Positions 48,374-58,649 of a stretch of DNA of 64,000 nt are shown here, in pieces. Origin of the DNA: Candidatus Fermentibacterota bacterium (lineage in GTDB: Bacteria; Fermentibacterota; Fermentibacteria; Fermentibacterales; JCC-6); contig CAWJQI010000001.1 in assembly GCA_963845085.1 (NCBI GenBank), forward strand, positions 352,001 through 416,000. The letters are read 5' to 3'. The notes below the pieces were generated by a model. It had not been told where the DNA came from. It saw only the letters and a program-made list of their open reading frames with translations, and made no database searches. How positions within the stretch are numbered: the stretch's first letter is position 1; each line of letters starts with the position of its first letter. Made by a program: the position numbers and the translations under genes.

Positions 48374-48850
48374 ATGAACTGGAACCTGATACTCACAAGC
48401 GAGCGGCACCTGCATCCTGAAATGGATGAGACCGACGCTCTTAAGCTGTTCTATCAGGCTCTCCGCGGGGGGGATCACCTCATGGCTGATCTCGACAACT
48501 TCCGCACCGAGCTCTCAAGGGAGTGGGACGGGTTGCCCCAGAGCATCGCTCCCATGCCTCCGCTGATCCAGGTCATCAGCCCCCTGGGCGACATGGCCAG
48601 GTTCCACCTGGTGCCCGCAAAGAAGCGCGGGATATCCCTCAGGGCAGTCTCCGAGCTTCTCCTCGCGGGAGGGCTCGCGGCCACCCCGGAAAACGTGGTG
48701 CAGGATGCCCTGCCCGACTTTCTCCGGGCCGCCAGGGAACAGGGCTTCGACAAGGAGAGGATCCGGAAGGCGTTCCAGGGGGAGTACCATCATTCAACGG
48801 GCTACGGGTTCGCCGCCTACAGGGTCATCAGCCTTCGAAGTAGCTCGTAA
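48374..48850 (+). CDS. Hypothetical protein
   Basis: HPEM...DALKLFYQALRGGDHL and HHSTGY...YRVI look like conserved coding motifs; no family named. Confidence 0.65.
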   Translation: MNWNLILTSERHLHPEMDETDALKLFYQALRGGDHLMADLDNFRTELSREWDGLPQSIAPMPPLIQVISPLGDMARFHLVPAKKRGISLRAVSELLLAGGLAATPENVVQDALPDFLRAAREQGFDKERIRKAFQGEYHHSTGYGFAAYRVISLRSSS

Positions 48851-49553
48851 CCTCTCCGGGCGACGTTCCCGTCGCGGAGAAGAAAAGGTCTCTCAGTTCC
48901 TGAAGGGTTACGCTTGAGCTCGCAAGCATGCTCATGATCCTGCCCTGATGGATTATTCCGAGGTTGTCGCAGTTGCCGTGAACCTCCGACAGCGTGTGGG
49001 TGGAGATGAGCACCCCCGCCCCGGCTGCCGCGGCGGCATGGATCATGCGCCAGAAGGTTTCCGCCGACGGCGGGTCGAGGCCGACCAGGGGCTCGTCTAT
49101 CACGTACAGCCTGGGCCTTGCGGCGAATGCAGAACTGAGCACTACCCTCTGGATCATGCCGTGGCTGTACGAACCCGTCCTCTGGTCGAGCCAGCCGTCC
49201 ATCTCGAAGAGGGATGTGCAGAAGGCGATGCGCTTTTCGAGCTCACCCTGCGGAATCCCCCTCAGCTTCCCCGCGAATGCAAGGTATTCCCTTCCGGTCA
49301 GCCGTTTCCACATGACGGGCTCGTCCGGCACGTAGGCGATGAGTTCCCTCATGCGTTCCACCGGTTGCCCGTCGATCGTGATGCTGCCCGAGTCGGGCGC
49401 CACGAGCCCGGCGATCATCTTCAGCGTGGTCGACTTCCCTGCGCCGTTGGGCCCGAGAAGCCCCACAATCGAACCTTCGGGCACCGTGAGACTCAGGCGG
49501 TCGACAGCCTTTTTCCCGCCGAAGCTGCGGCTCACTTCCTCAAGAACCAGCAA
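48828..49553 (-). CDS. ABC transporter ATP-binding protein
   Basis: GPNGAGKST, YSHGM, VIDEP, STH. Confidence 0.9.
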   Translation of the reverse strand: MLVLEEVSRSFGGKKAVDRLSLTVPEGSIVGLLGPNGAGKSTTLKMIAGLVAPDSGSITIDGQPVERMRELIAYVPDEPVMWKRLTGREYLAFAGKLRGIPQGELEKRIAFCTSLFEMDGWLDQRTGSYSHGMIQRVVLSSAFAARPRLYVIDEPLVGLDPPSAETFWRMIHAAAAAGAGVLISTHTLSEVHGNCDNLGIIHQGRIMSMLASSSVTLQELRDLFFSATGTSPGEVTSYFEG

Positions 49554-50451
49554 TCTGCTCCCCCGGACGGCCAACCATGGCCTCGGTGAATGCCTCCGCA
49601 TCGAAGGCCGACATGTCGTCGCCGCCCTCGCCGGTCCCTATGTACCGGATCGGTATGCCAAGTTCATGGGCCATCGCGAACACTGCGCCGCCCTTTGCCG
49701 TGCCGTCGAGCTTGGTGACAACGAGGCCGTTCACGGGCACCGCGCCTGCAAAGCCGTCCGCCTGGAGAAGCGCGTTCTGCCCCACCGAGCCGTCGAGGAC
49801 GAGAAGCACGTCGTGCGGGGCGCCCTCCATTGCCTTGCCTATCACGCGGTGGATCTTTGAAAGCTCGTCGAGAAGGCCCTTCCTGTTGGGCAGCCTTCCG
49901 GCGGTATCGATGAAAACGCGGTCGAAGCCGCGCGACCTGGCGCTCGCGACCGCATCGAAGGCCACTGCCCCGGGATCGGTGCCCTCGGGCCTCGTGATCA
50001 CGGGGATGTCGAGGCGGCCGCCCCAGAGGGCGAGCTGCTCACCAGCGGCGGCACGGAAGGTGTCGGCGCAGGCCATGACCGTTTTGAACCCCATGGCCTT
50101 GTGCATCGCGGAAAGCCTTGCAACCGTTGTCGTCTTGCCCGATCCGTTGACGCCCACGAGCATGGCAACCCTGGGGCGGGGATCAAGGCCATCCTCCTCC
50201 CGCCCGGGCAGCATGGAAACGAGCATCTCCGAGAGCCCCTCGCGAAAGCCCATTCCTCTCCGGGAGCAGAGGGCCGGAAGTTCCGACACGATCTTCTCCG
50301 TTAGCTTCCAGCCGAGGTCAGCCTCGATAAGGGCCTGCTCCAGCTGCTCCATGTCTCCCGGCGCGGGCGCGCCGCCGCCGAAAAGCGCGGCGAGCTTTCC
50401 GGAAAGGGCTTCCCTGCTCTTTCTCAGCTTTTCCCTGAGGTTCAATGTCAC
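49540..50451 (-). CDS. ftsY: Signal recognition particle receptor FtsY
   Basis: GVNGSGKTTT, DTFRAAA, DTAGR, TKLDGTAKGG. Confidence 0.96.
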   Translation of the reverse strand: MTLNLREKLRKSREALSGKLAALFGGGAPAPGDMEQLEQALIEADLGWKLTEKIVSELPALCSRRGMGFREGLSEMLVSMLPGREEDGLDPRPRVAMLVGVNGSGKTTTVARLSAMHKAMGFKTVMACADTFRAAAGEQLALWGGRLDIPVITRPEGTDPGAVAFDAVASARSRGFDRVFIDTAGRLPNRKGLLDELSKIHRVIGKAMEGAPHDVLLVLDGSVGQNALLQADGFAGAVPVNGLVVTKLDGTAKGGAVFAMAHELGIPIRYIGTGEGGDDMSAFDAEAFTEAMVGRPGEQIAGS

Positions 50452-53400
50452 GTCCTTCGCTCGAAGTCGGAGAGGTTGACCGTTGTCAGGCTGGACACCC
50501 CCTCCTCGGCCATCGTAACGCCGTAAAGGCGATCGGAGGCCTCCATCGACTTCTTGTTGTGGGTCATCACCAGGAACTGGGTGTCGGTGCTGAAGCGTCT
50601 GAGGATGCCCATGAAACTCTCTATGTTGGAGTCGTCGAGCGGCGCGTCGAGCTCGTCGAGGATGCAGAAGGGGCTCGGCTTCACCAGGTACAGGCTGAAC
50701 AGCAGCGCAACGGCGGCCAGAGCCCTCTCCCCGCCCGACAGGGATGTCACGTTCTCGAGCTTCTTTCCCCTCGGTCTGGCCACGATCTGAATGCCCCCCT
50801 CGAGCGGATCGTCAGCATCGAGCGCGATTATGTCGGCCTCGCCTCCGCCGAAAAGCTCGACGAAAACCCTTCTGAAATGGTCCCGAACCTGGGAGAAGGT
50901 TTCCCTGAAGCGAGCCTGAGCCTCCCTGTTGATCTCCGTGATCGCGGTCTCGAGCGACTCCCTCGCCTCTTCGAGGTCGCGGCTCTGTTCGGTAAGGAAG
51001 CCAAGCCTCTCCTCGACCTCGTTGAACTCGTCGACGGCCAGCATGTTCACGGGGCCTATTCCCTCGATGATGCGGTTCTGCCTCTCCTCCTCTTCGCGGA
51101 GTGCCTGGGGGGGCTGGTCCATGAAGGGGTTACCGCCGTCGTCCTCCGGTATCTCGAGACGGAGCGCCGAAACCTTCTCCTCGAGTACGGCGGACTCGTT
51201 CAGCACACTCGTGCGCCTGTCCCGGGCCTGTCCGTGAAGGCTTCTGGCGGTGGCGGACTGCTCTTCGAGGGCGGCGGTCTTCTGGAGCAGCTCGGCCCTC
51301 GCCGTGGCAGCCCTGTTGCGGTTCTCACCGGCCGCATCCCTTTCGCGCCCGAGTACAGCAACCCGCGCTGAAAGCCTTTCAAGGTCTTTCTCGAGGGTGT
51401 TCGCGCCGCGAAGAAGCTCCATGGACGTCCTGTCCAGCTCCTCCCCCGAGGCTGCGGCCGACTCGGCTTCGCCCCGCAACTGCGCTGCCCTCTCCCGAAG
51501 CGAGGCAACACGGTTCGAAGCCTCGCGAAGGTTCATCTCGGCACGTTCCTTTGCCATGAAGACGCCGGCGCTTCTCTCCTTCACCTCGTCCAGGGCTTCC
51601 CCGGCCTTCCTGGTGTTTTCGGACAGGTGATTGAGGCGTTCCTCGGCTTCCCTGATGCCCTCATCGGGGTCGGGCTGGGGCTCAGAGGTCTTGATCAGTC
51701 CGTCGAGCTCGTGCGAGGTGTCCGCGATAGAGCCTTCAAGCGCCGCGAGGCTCCTCTCCATCTCGGACTTGCGGGATACGAGGGCTGCCTCCTGCCGTGA
51801 AAGCTCCGAAAGTGATCTGCGCCTCGACTCGGTGAGTTCCTCTGCCGCGGCAACGCCTTCACCAAGGCTCCCGGCCTTCCCGGCGAGCTCCGATGCCTCG
51901 CGTGAAAGCCCGGCAAGCCTTGCCTCGGCCTGCTCGAGCCGTGCGGAAAGCTCAACGGCACCCGTCCCGCCTTCGGACATACCGAGCCGGACCGTGCCGT
52001 CGGGCATGAGCAGATGCCCCTCGCGCGTGACTATCCCCGCAGCGATCTCTTCCCTGAACCATGAAAGCGCGGTTTCAAGGTCAGGTGCCAGCACGTAGTG
52101 CCGAAGCACCGACTCGGCGACCGGGTTTGCCGTTCGAAGGAACCCGTCCATCCGCTTCGCGCCCCCGGGAAGAACGTCTACGCCGGATCTTCCGCCCACG
52201 GCGTACCTTGCGCCCCCCGCCTCGAGGCCGGGATGGATCCCGGGAACCGGCAGCGCCGACTGGACACCGTCAAGACATGCGCCCACGGCAGCGCCCATCT
52301 CGGGGACGGGGTCAGCCAGGGCGCCGAGCGATTCTCCGCTCCTCGCCTTTTCGAGCGCACTGCGAAGCTCCCCGACCTCCCGGGCGCAGGCTCCCTTGAG
52401 CACGCCGGCCTCACCTGCGAGGAGTGCGGCCGCTGTGGCGGCCTTCCGGGCTTCAGCGAGCGCTGCCAGAGCCTGGTCGAGCAAGGCTGAGGCCTGTTCC
52501 CGCCCGGTGCGGGTGTTGGCCAGGGCGCCCGCCGCCCCTTCGATCGAAGCAACGAGGTTTTCCTTCTCGCGCAGGGCATCCCTTCGCCTCTGCTCAAGCT
52601 CGGCTGTTCTCTGTTTCGCGGCCTCGAAGGCCCGCGCCTTTTCCATGTAACGGTTCCTCGCCTCGGCGAGCATGTCCGTGCATTTCTTCTCTTCGTCCCG
52701 CGCCACGCCCAGAAGGTTTCTGGCTTCCTGTATCGCGGAAGAGCACCCGTCTGCGGCCTTCCCCGCTTCGCGGGCCTCCTCGACCGCCTTCCGTGCCGTT
52801 TCCTCCCAGCGGGCGGCCTCGGCCTCGGCCTCTTCGGCATCCCGCTCGTACTTCAGGGCCCGCTCGCGTTCCCTGGCGCACCTGGCGGTGTTCTCCGACG
52901 CCGTCCGTCTCATTCCCGCCGCACGTTCGAGCGAAACGGCCCTCTCCCGCTCGAGCGAGGCGATCTCGGATTCGACCGCGGCGCACCGGGCGTGCGCTTC
53001 GTCGAGCTGTGTCTGCGCGGTCCCAAGGCGTATCCTGCCTTCGGCAAGGGCGGTCTCGAGCGAGGAGAGCGCCGCGGACTGCGAAGCCTCTTCGGCAGCG
53101 GCCCTGGCGAGCTCCTTCCGGGCAGCCGTCAGCCTCTCCTCGAGCTGCAGCAGCTCGCCCGAGGCAATGGCGGACCTTATGCGGTCTATCGTGCTGCGGG
53201 CCTTCTCGTAGCGTTTGAACGAGGCCAGCTGCTTCTTCAGCACGCCGTGATTCCGCTCGACTTCCGAGATGATGTCGGAAAGACGTTCAAGGTCTGTTCC
53301 GGCGGTTTCAAGCTTCAACCCCGCTCGGTGCCGCTGTATCTTGTACCGTCCGATTCCCGCAGCCTCGTCGAAAAGCTCGCGGCGGTCTTCGGCACGGGGG

Positions 53401-53852
53401 GAGAGGATGGTCTTCACCATCTCGGCCTCGAGTATCCAGTATCCCGCGCTCCCGAGACCACGGTCGACGATGAGGTCGGTAACGTCCATGAGGCGGCAGC
53501 GGCTGCCGTTTATCATGTACTCGCTGACGCCTGAACGGAACAGCCTCCGTGTGACCGAAACCTCGTCGAAGTCGAGTGAGAGCGACCTGTCCGAGTTGTC
53601 GAACGTTACGGTTACCTCGGCCATTCCAAGGGGTTTCCTTCCGGAACTTCCCTTGAAGATCACGTCCTCCATGACGTCGGCCCTGATCTGCTTCGCGCTC
53701 TGTGTGCCCAGGACCCAGCGGAGGGAGTCGGCGACATTGCTCTTCCCGCACCCGTTGGGACCCACCACCGCGCTGATGCCCGGCTCGAAGTCCATGATGA
53801 ACGGGTCGGCGAAAGATTTGAACCCAAGTATTTCAAGGCGTTTCAGGCGCAT
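50448..53852 (-). CDS. smc: Chromosome segregation protein SMC
   Basis: GFKSFAD, GPNGCGKSN, coiled coils and hinge, LSGGE, LDELDAPLD. Confidence 0.95.
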   Translation of the reverse strand: MRLKRLEILGFKSFADPFIMDFEPGISAVVGPNGCGKSNVADSLRWVLGTQSAKQIRADVMEDVIFKGSSGRKPLGMAEVTVTFDNSDRSLSLDFDEVSVTRRLFRSGVSEYMINGSRCRLMDVTDLIVDRGLGSAGYWILEAEMVKTILSPRAEDRRELFDEAAGIGRYKIQRHRAGLKLETAGTDLERLSDIISEVERNHGVLKKQLASFKRYEKARSTIDRIRSAIASGELLQLEERLTAARKELARAAAEEASQSAALSSLETALAEGRIRLGTAQTQLDEAHARCAAVESEIASLERERAVSLERAAGMRRTASENTARCARERERALKYERDAEEAEAEAARWEETARKAVEEAREAGKAADGCSSAIQEARNLLGVARDEEKKCTDMLAEARNRYMEKARAFEAAKQRTAELEQRRRDALREKENLVASIEGAAGALANTRTGREQASALLDQALAALAEARKAATAAALLAGEAGVLKGACAREVGELRSALEKARSGESLGALADPVPEMGAAVGACLDGVQSALPVPGIHPGLEAGGARYAVGGRSGVDVLPGGAKRMDGFLRTANPVAESVLRHYVLAPDLETALSWFREEIAAGIVTREGHLLMPDGTVRLGMSEGGTGAVELSARLEQAEARLAGLSREASELAGKAGSLGEGVAAAEELTESRRRSLSELSRQEAALVSRKSEMERSLAALEGSIADTSHELDGLIKTSEPQPDPDEGIREAEERLNHLSENTRKAGEALDEVKERSAGVFMAKERAEMNLREASNRVASLRERAAQLRGEAESAAASGEELDRTSMELLRGANTLEKDLERLSARVAVLGRERDAAGENRNRAATARAELLQKTAALEEQSATARSLHGQARDRRTSVLNESAVLEEKVSALRLEIPEDDGGNPFMDQPPQALREEEERQNRIIEGIGPVNMLAVDEFNEVEERLGFLTEQSRDLEEARESLETAITEINREAQARFRETFSQVRDHFRRVFVELFGGGEADIIALDADDPLEGGIQIVARPRGKKLENVTSLSGGERALAAVALLFSLYLVKPSPFCILDELDAPLDDSNIESFMGILRRFSTDTQFLVMTHNKKSMEASDRLYGVTMAEEGVSSLTTVNLSDFERRT

Positions 53853-54409
53853 CGGCGGGACTCCGTTCGGACAAGCCCGGGAAAGGCGGTCAGGTAGTCG
53901 ACAAGGCTGAGCAGTACGGCGGCCATTGCGGCCATTCCCAGAAGGTCAGCCCCGGGCAGGAGTTCAGGTGGAAGCGCCGCTCCGGGAAGGAATGCCTGCC
54001 TCGTCAGGAACAGCGCCATCAGTACTGTCGAAATCTTCCCCGACAGGCGTGCCGAGGGGGGTTTGACCCGTCGGGCCAGGAAAAGGCCGCCCGTGCCTAT
54101 GAGCAGGTCGCGGGAGATGAGAACAACAAGTATCCAGAGTTCAAGTGCGCCAACGTGGACCAGCGCCCATGCAAAAAGCGCGAATGCTATCTTGTCGGCA
54201 AGCGGATCGAGTATCCTGCCCCAGTCGCTGACCGTCTTGGTGCGCCTTGCGACCAGGCCGTCGAGCCAGTCCGTCGCGATGGCGAGGAAGACGAACACCC
54301 CGGCGGGAAGCGGCATGCGGGCAACAAGGAAGAGCGATGCGGCGCCGCCGAGCGGGATCCTCGCGATGCTCAGGAAATTCGCACGGGTCAGGAACCTGCC
54401 CTCAGCCAT
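53843..54409 (-). CDS. CDP-alcohol phosphatidyltransferase (PgsA-like)
   Basis: ANFLSIAR, TDWLDGLVARR...GRILDPLADK. Confidence 0.9.
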   Translation of the reverse strand: MAEGRFLTRANFLSIARIPLGGAASLFLVARMPLPAGVFVFLAIATDWLDGLVARRTKTVSDWGRILDPLADKIAFALFAWALVHVGALELWILVVLISRDLLIGTGGLFLARRVKPPSARLSGKISTVLMALFLTRQAFLPGAALPPELLPGADLLGMAAMAAVLLSLVDYLTAFPGLVRTESRRCA

Positions 54410-56027
54410 TGCGCCTCGGCACAACTATGCTCCGGGCGTGCTGAAGGGCAGCTTCGCCGCCGCCGAGCAGCCTGGCCAGCTCGCGCACCCGCTCCTCGTC
54501 ATCGGTGAGCACGCGCGTGCCCGACTCGGGCATGCCGTTCACGATCCTCTTCTCGACGACGATGTTCCGGTCGGCCCGTCCTGCAACCTGTGCCAGGTGC
54601 GTGATGACGATGACCTGTCGGCCCTCGCCCGCCCTGGCGAGTGATTCACCCAGGCTGTGCGCTGTTTCGCCGCCGGTTCCGGAATCGATCTCGTCGAACA
54701 CCAGTGTGGAAACCCCCGAAGCTCCCGCAAGCGCAAGCTCGAGCGCAAGGGCAACCCTCGAGAGCTCGCCCCCGCTCGCTATGGATGCGAGCGGACCGGG
54801 AGGCATGCCGGGATTGGCCGTGAACATGAACTCGGGTTCGGAAAGCCCGTTCGGCCCCGTCAGGAGACCGCACGCTTCGACCCCTTTGGCCGCCCTGGTG
54901 AAGCCCACGCTGAAGGCGGCGGACGGCATCCGAAGCATGGAAAGCTCGGAGTTTGCGCATTGGGCAAGTTTCACGGCAGCCTCGGTGCGGGCGCTCTCAA
55001 GTTCGCCTGCGCAGTCGGCGAGTTCCCGCTCGAGCAATGGCTTTCTGGCTTCAAGGCTGGCAAGCTCCTCCTCGAGGGCTTCCATCCCCTCGAGCTCGGC
55101 GCCGAGCCGCTCGCCTGTTCCAAGCATCTTCTCCAGGCTGCCGCCCGTTCTGCTTATCAGCCTTGCGTATGCATCCAGCCTTTCGTCCATCTCGGCGACC
55201 CTGCCTGGCGCGTCCTCGAACTCGCCGAGAAGGGCGCGACCCAGCCGGGCGGCCTCGGATGCGCAGATTCCGCTCTGGGAGAGGAGTTCGAGCAGTTCCT
55301 CCTGGCCGGGATCGGCGTTCCGGATCCCCCTCTCAAGACCCGCAAGCCTTCCGATGAAACCGCCGTCGCCCTCGAGCGCCTCGGCAAGTCCGCTGTAAAG
55401 CAGTGCAAGCTCCTGGGCCTTTTCAAGTCTGGACCTCTCCTCCCTCAGGGTCTCGTAGTCTTCGCGGGTGGGCTTGAGCTTCCTGAACAGCTCGAGCTCG
55501 TGAAGCAGTATCTCCCGGCGCGCGGCAGCGCCCGAGAGAATGCCCGAAAGTTCGGAGGTTCGGGCCGAAAGGGCCCTGAACCCGCTGTACAGCCCGGCGT
55601 AGCGTTCCGCGAGGGCGCGGCACCCGGCGAAGCCGTCGAGGATGGAAACCTGCATGGGCTGCCTGAGCAGCGCGGGGGTTGAACGCTGGGTGTGAAGGCC
55701 CATTCTCCCGGAGAGGGCATTCTGCACCTCATCGAGAGTGCTGAGGGCGTCGTCGATGAAGACCCTGCTCCGCCCCTCCGCGAAAACCTCGCGGCGTATG
55801 CAGAGCCCGCCCCGCTCATCGCTGAAGAACGCCTCGACCGAGGCGAGCCTGGCGCCGGGACGGACAAGGGACTTGTCGGCCCTGACACCCATCGCAAGAA
55901 GCAGGCCGTCGATGAGGATCGACTTGCCCGCGCCGGTCTCGCCGGTGAGCACGTTCAGCCCCGGCCCCGGCTCGAGAACGGTGTCGCTTATGGTGGCCAG
56001 GTTCGAGAGCGCGAGCCTGTTCAGCAT
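54402..56027 (-). CDS. recN: DNA repair protein RecN
   Basis: LTGETGAGKS, ASGGELSR, FDEIDSG, ITHLAQVA. Confidence 0.93.
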   Translation of the reverse strand: MLNRLALSNLATISDTVLEPGPGLNVLTGETGAGKSILIDGLLLAMGVRADKSLVRPGARLASVEAFFSDERGGLCIRREVFAEGRSRVFIDDALSTLDEVQNALSGRMGLHTQRSTPALLRQPMQVSILDGFAGCRALAERYAGLYSGFRALSARTSELSGILSGAAARREILLHELELFRKLKPTREDYETLREERSRLEKAQELALLYSGLAEALEGDGGFIGRLAGLERGIRNADPGQEELLELLSQSGICASEAARLGRALLGEFEDAPGRVAEMDERLDAYARLISRTGGSLEKMLGTGERLGAELEGMEALEEELASLEARKPLLERELADCAGELESARTEAAVKLAQCANSELSMLRMPSAAFSVGFTRAAKGVEACGLLTGPNGLSEPEFMFTANPGMPPGPLASIASGGELSRVALALELALAGASGVSTLVFDEIDSGTGGETAHSLGESLARAGEGRQVIVITHLAQVAGRADRNIVVEKRIVNGMPESGTRVLTDDEERVRELARLLGGGEAALQHARSIVVPRRNG

Positions 56028-56028
56028 G

Positions 56029-56808
56029 TCATCCCCTGAAGCTCCATCCCAGTTTCCTGCCGAGCCTGAGGTAGTAGCCCTCCTCGCCCGGGAGGCGGAC
56101 GATCTGCCTGTTTCCCGAGGCCCTCGACACGGTGACGCCCTCGCCGTCGGCGATGATGCATCCCGACTGCCTGCCGTCGGGGCTGACCAGGGCCTTGTCG
56201 CCCGGACCGTGGAGTGTGATGGAGACGGAGGCGGAAAGAGGTATCACGATGGGCCTGAGGGAAAGAAGATGCGGGCACACCGGGGTTATGACCATCGCGG
56301 AGAGGTTCGGATGCAAAATGGGGCCTCCGCAGGAGAGGCTGTAGGCGGTGGAGCCGGAAGGGGTGGACACCAGAACGCCGTCACCGGTCAGCGCGGCCGC
56401 CAGCTGCCCGTTCACACCCACGCCCATGTGCAGAAGGCCGTAGTCCGAGCACCTGTGAACGCAGATGTCGTTGACTGCTGTGTACTCGGTCCCGTCGGAC
56501 AGCCTTGCGGAAAGCATCGGAAGCTCCTGCAGGTGGTAGTCGCCGGTGGCAAGGCTGGCTGCCGCCGAGGCGAGCTCGCCCTCGTCGCAGGAAGAGAGAA
56601 AACCCATGTGGCCGGCGTTTACAGCCAGCACTGGAACGGAGAACTGGTTGAAGCACTTCAGGAAGGCTCCGTCGCCCCCGATGGCCACCACGATCTCGGG
56701 ATCGGTCCCGGTGACCGAAATGCCCGCGCTGGCGAGGATCTTCTCCGCAGCATCGTGCTTCCCCTCGAGAAAGGGGGCGTAGACGAGTGCGCTCGACACC
56801 GGCTTCAC
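56029..56808 (-). CDS. nadK: NAD kinase
   Basis: GGDG, GHMGFL, ND, STPSGSTAYSLSCGGP. Confidence 0.93.
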   Translation of the reverse strand: MKPVSSALVYAPFLEGKHDAAEKILASAGISVTGTDPEIVVAIGGDGAFLKCFNQFSVPVLAVNAGHMGFLSSCDEGELASAAASLATGDYHLQELPMLSARLSDGTEYTAVNDICVHRCSDYGLLHMGVGVNGQLAAALTGDGVLVSTPSGSTAYSLSCGGPILHPNLSAMVITPVCPHLLSLRPIVIPLSASVSITLHGPGDKALVSPDGRQSGCIIADGEGVTVSRASGNRQIVRLPGEEGYYLRLGRKLGWSFRG

Positions 56809-58649
56809 CTGAAACCTCCCGTCACGCGGACGGCCCGCGCAATACCCTCGGCATCGAGGCCGATCCTGGAAAGGATGCTCATATGGTTCCCGTGGGGCTG
56901 GAAATCGTCGGGAATGCCGAGGCTCGTCACGGTGGTCCCGTGGAGCAGCGCCTGCACTCCCTCTCCGAAGCCTCCTGCGAGGCAGCCCTCCTCGACCGTC
57001 ACGACAGCGGATACACCCCGGGCCAGCAGCTCGATCTCATCGGACGGCATCGGTTTGAGCCATACCGGGTCAAACACTGCGGCGGAAATTCCCTCGGCGG
57101 CCAGCAGGTCCGACGCCTTCACTGCGAGCGGTACCATTGTGCCCGCGGCGACGATGAGCGCATCGGAACCCGGCCTGATGAGCTGGCCGTGGCCGGGGGA
57201 CAGGTCTTCCGGAGGCGGTGCGACCCGCTCGGGCTCGAGCCCCCTCGGGTAACGCAGGGCGGTGGGCTGTGAAAGCCCGGGAAGGATATGGCGGAGGAGC
57301 GCTTCAAGGACCGCACAATCCCTCGGTGCGGCGATCTGCGTTCCAGGGACCTGGCGGAACATCGAAATGTCGTGCAGACCGTGGTGCGTTGGTCCGTCGG
57401 CCCCGACGATGCCGGCCCTGTCCAGTGCAAAGAGCACGGGCGCCTTCTGGAGTGCGGCATCGTGTATGAGCTGGTCGAACGATCTCTGGAAGAATGAGCT
57501 GTAGATGGCCACCACGGGCTTAAGCCCCCCGAAGGCGAGGCCGCAGGCGAAGGTGACGGCATGCTGCTCGGCGATCCCGACATCGAAGAAGCGCAGGGGG
57601 TACTGCCTGGCGAAGGGCGCAAGCCCGGTGCCGTCGGGCATTGCGGCCGTGATGGCAACAATGGATTCGTCGGCGCCCGCCATTTCGGAGAGCACCCTGC
57701 CGAACACCGAGGTGAAACTCTGCCCGGGGGATGCGCCGGTTGCACCGCTGATGCCGTGGAAGTCGACCGGTTCGCATTCGGCTGGTTCGTAACCCTTGCC
57801 TTTTGTAGTCACAACGTGCACCAGAACCGGGCCGCGCAGTTCCTTCACCCGTGAGAGCACGGCGGTGAGAAGCGGCAGGTCATGGCCGTCGACCGGGCCG
57901 ATGTAGCGCACGCCGAACTCGTCGAAAACGTTCACGGGGTTGATGATGGTCTTCTTCACCGCGGCGCCCGCGTACCCGGCGGCCCTTCGCACGGTTTCGC
58001 CGACCGAGGGAAGCTTGCCCAGCTTGTTCCAGACCTCGTCCTTCAGCCGGTTGTACCTCGGATCGGTGATGAGCTTCGTGAAATGCCTGCTCAGCGCCCC
58101 GACGTTGGGGGAGATGGACATCCTGTTGTCGTTCAGGATCACCGTCATGTCGGTTCGGCTCTGGCCGAGGTTGTTCAGCCCCTCGAATGCGAGGCCCGCA
58201 GTCATCGAGCCGTCGCCGATGACCGCTATCACCCGGTGCGATTCTGCGCGCAGGTCGCGCGCCAGGGCAAAGCCCAGGGCGGCGCTTATCGAAGTCGAGC
58301 TGTGGCCCGTGCCGAAGCTGTCGCACACGCTCTCGTCGCGCCTCGGGAAGCCGCTCAGCCCCCCTGCCTGCCTCACGGTGTGAAAACGGGTCCGCCTGCC
58401 GGTGAGAAGCTTCCAGGGATAGGTCTGATGGCCCACATCCCACACTATCCTGTCGATCTCGGGGTTGAAGACGGAGAGCAGTGCGATCGTGAGTTCGACG
58501 ACCCCGAGGCTCGAGGCGAGATGACCGCCCGTGCAGAACACCACATCGACGATCCTTCGGCGCACCTCCGCTGCGAGGACGGTTTTCTCCTCGGGGCTGA
58601 GCGCTGCAACGTCGGCAGGTGTGCAGATCCTGTCAAGAATGGAATCCAT
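56805..58649 (-). CDS. dxs: 1-deoxy-D-xylulose-5-phosphate synthase
   Basis: GGHLASSLG, WDVGHQ, GHSSTSIS, GDGS, NDN, DVGIAEQHA, DRAG, DGPTHHG. Confidence 0.96.
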   Translation of the reverse strand: MDSILDRICTPADVAALSPEEKTVLAAEVRRRIVDVVFCTGGHLASSLGVVELTIALLSVFNPEIDRIVWDVGHQTYPWKLLTGRRTRFHTVRQAGGLSGFPRRDESVCDSFGTGHSSTSISAALGFALARDLRAESHRVIAVIGDGSMTAGLAFEGLNNLGQSRTDMTVILNDNRMSISPNVGALSRHFTKLITDPRYNRLKDEVWNKLGKLPSVGETVRRAAGYAGAAVKKTIINPVNVFDEFGVRYIGPVDGHDLPLLTAVLSRVKELRGPVLVHVVTTKGKGYEPAECEPVDFHGISGATGASPGQSFTSVFGRVLSEMAGADESIVAITAAMPDGTGLAPFARQYPLRFFDVGIAEQHAVTFACGLAFGGLKPVVAIYSSFFQRSFDQLIHDAALQKAPVLFALDRAGIVGADGPTHHGLHDISMFRQVPGTQIAAPRDCAVLEALLRHILPGLSQPTALRYPRGLEPERVAPPPEDLSPGHGQLIRPGSDALIVAAGTMVPLAVKASDLLAAEGISAAVFDPVWLKPMPSDEIELLARGVSAVVTVEEGCLAGGFGEGVQALLHGTTVTSLGIPDDFQPHGNHMSILSRIGLDAEGIARAVRVTGGFR

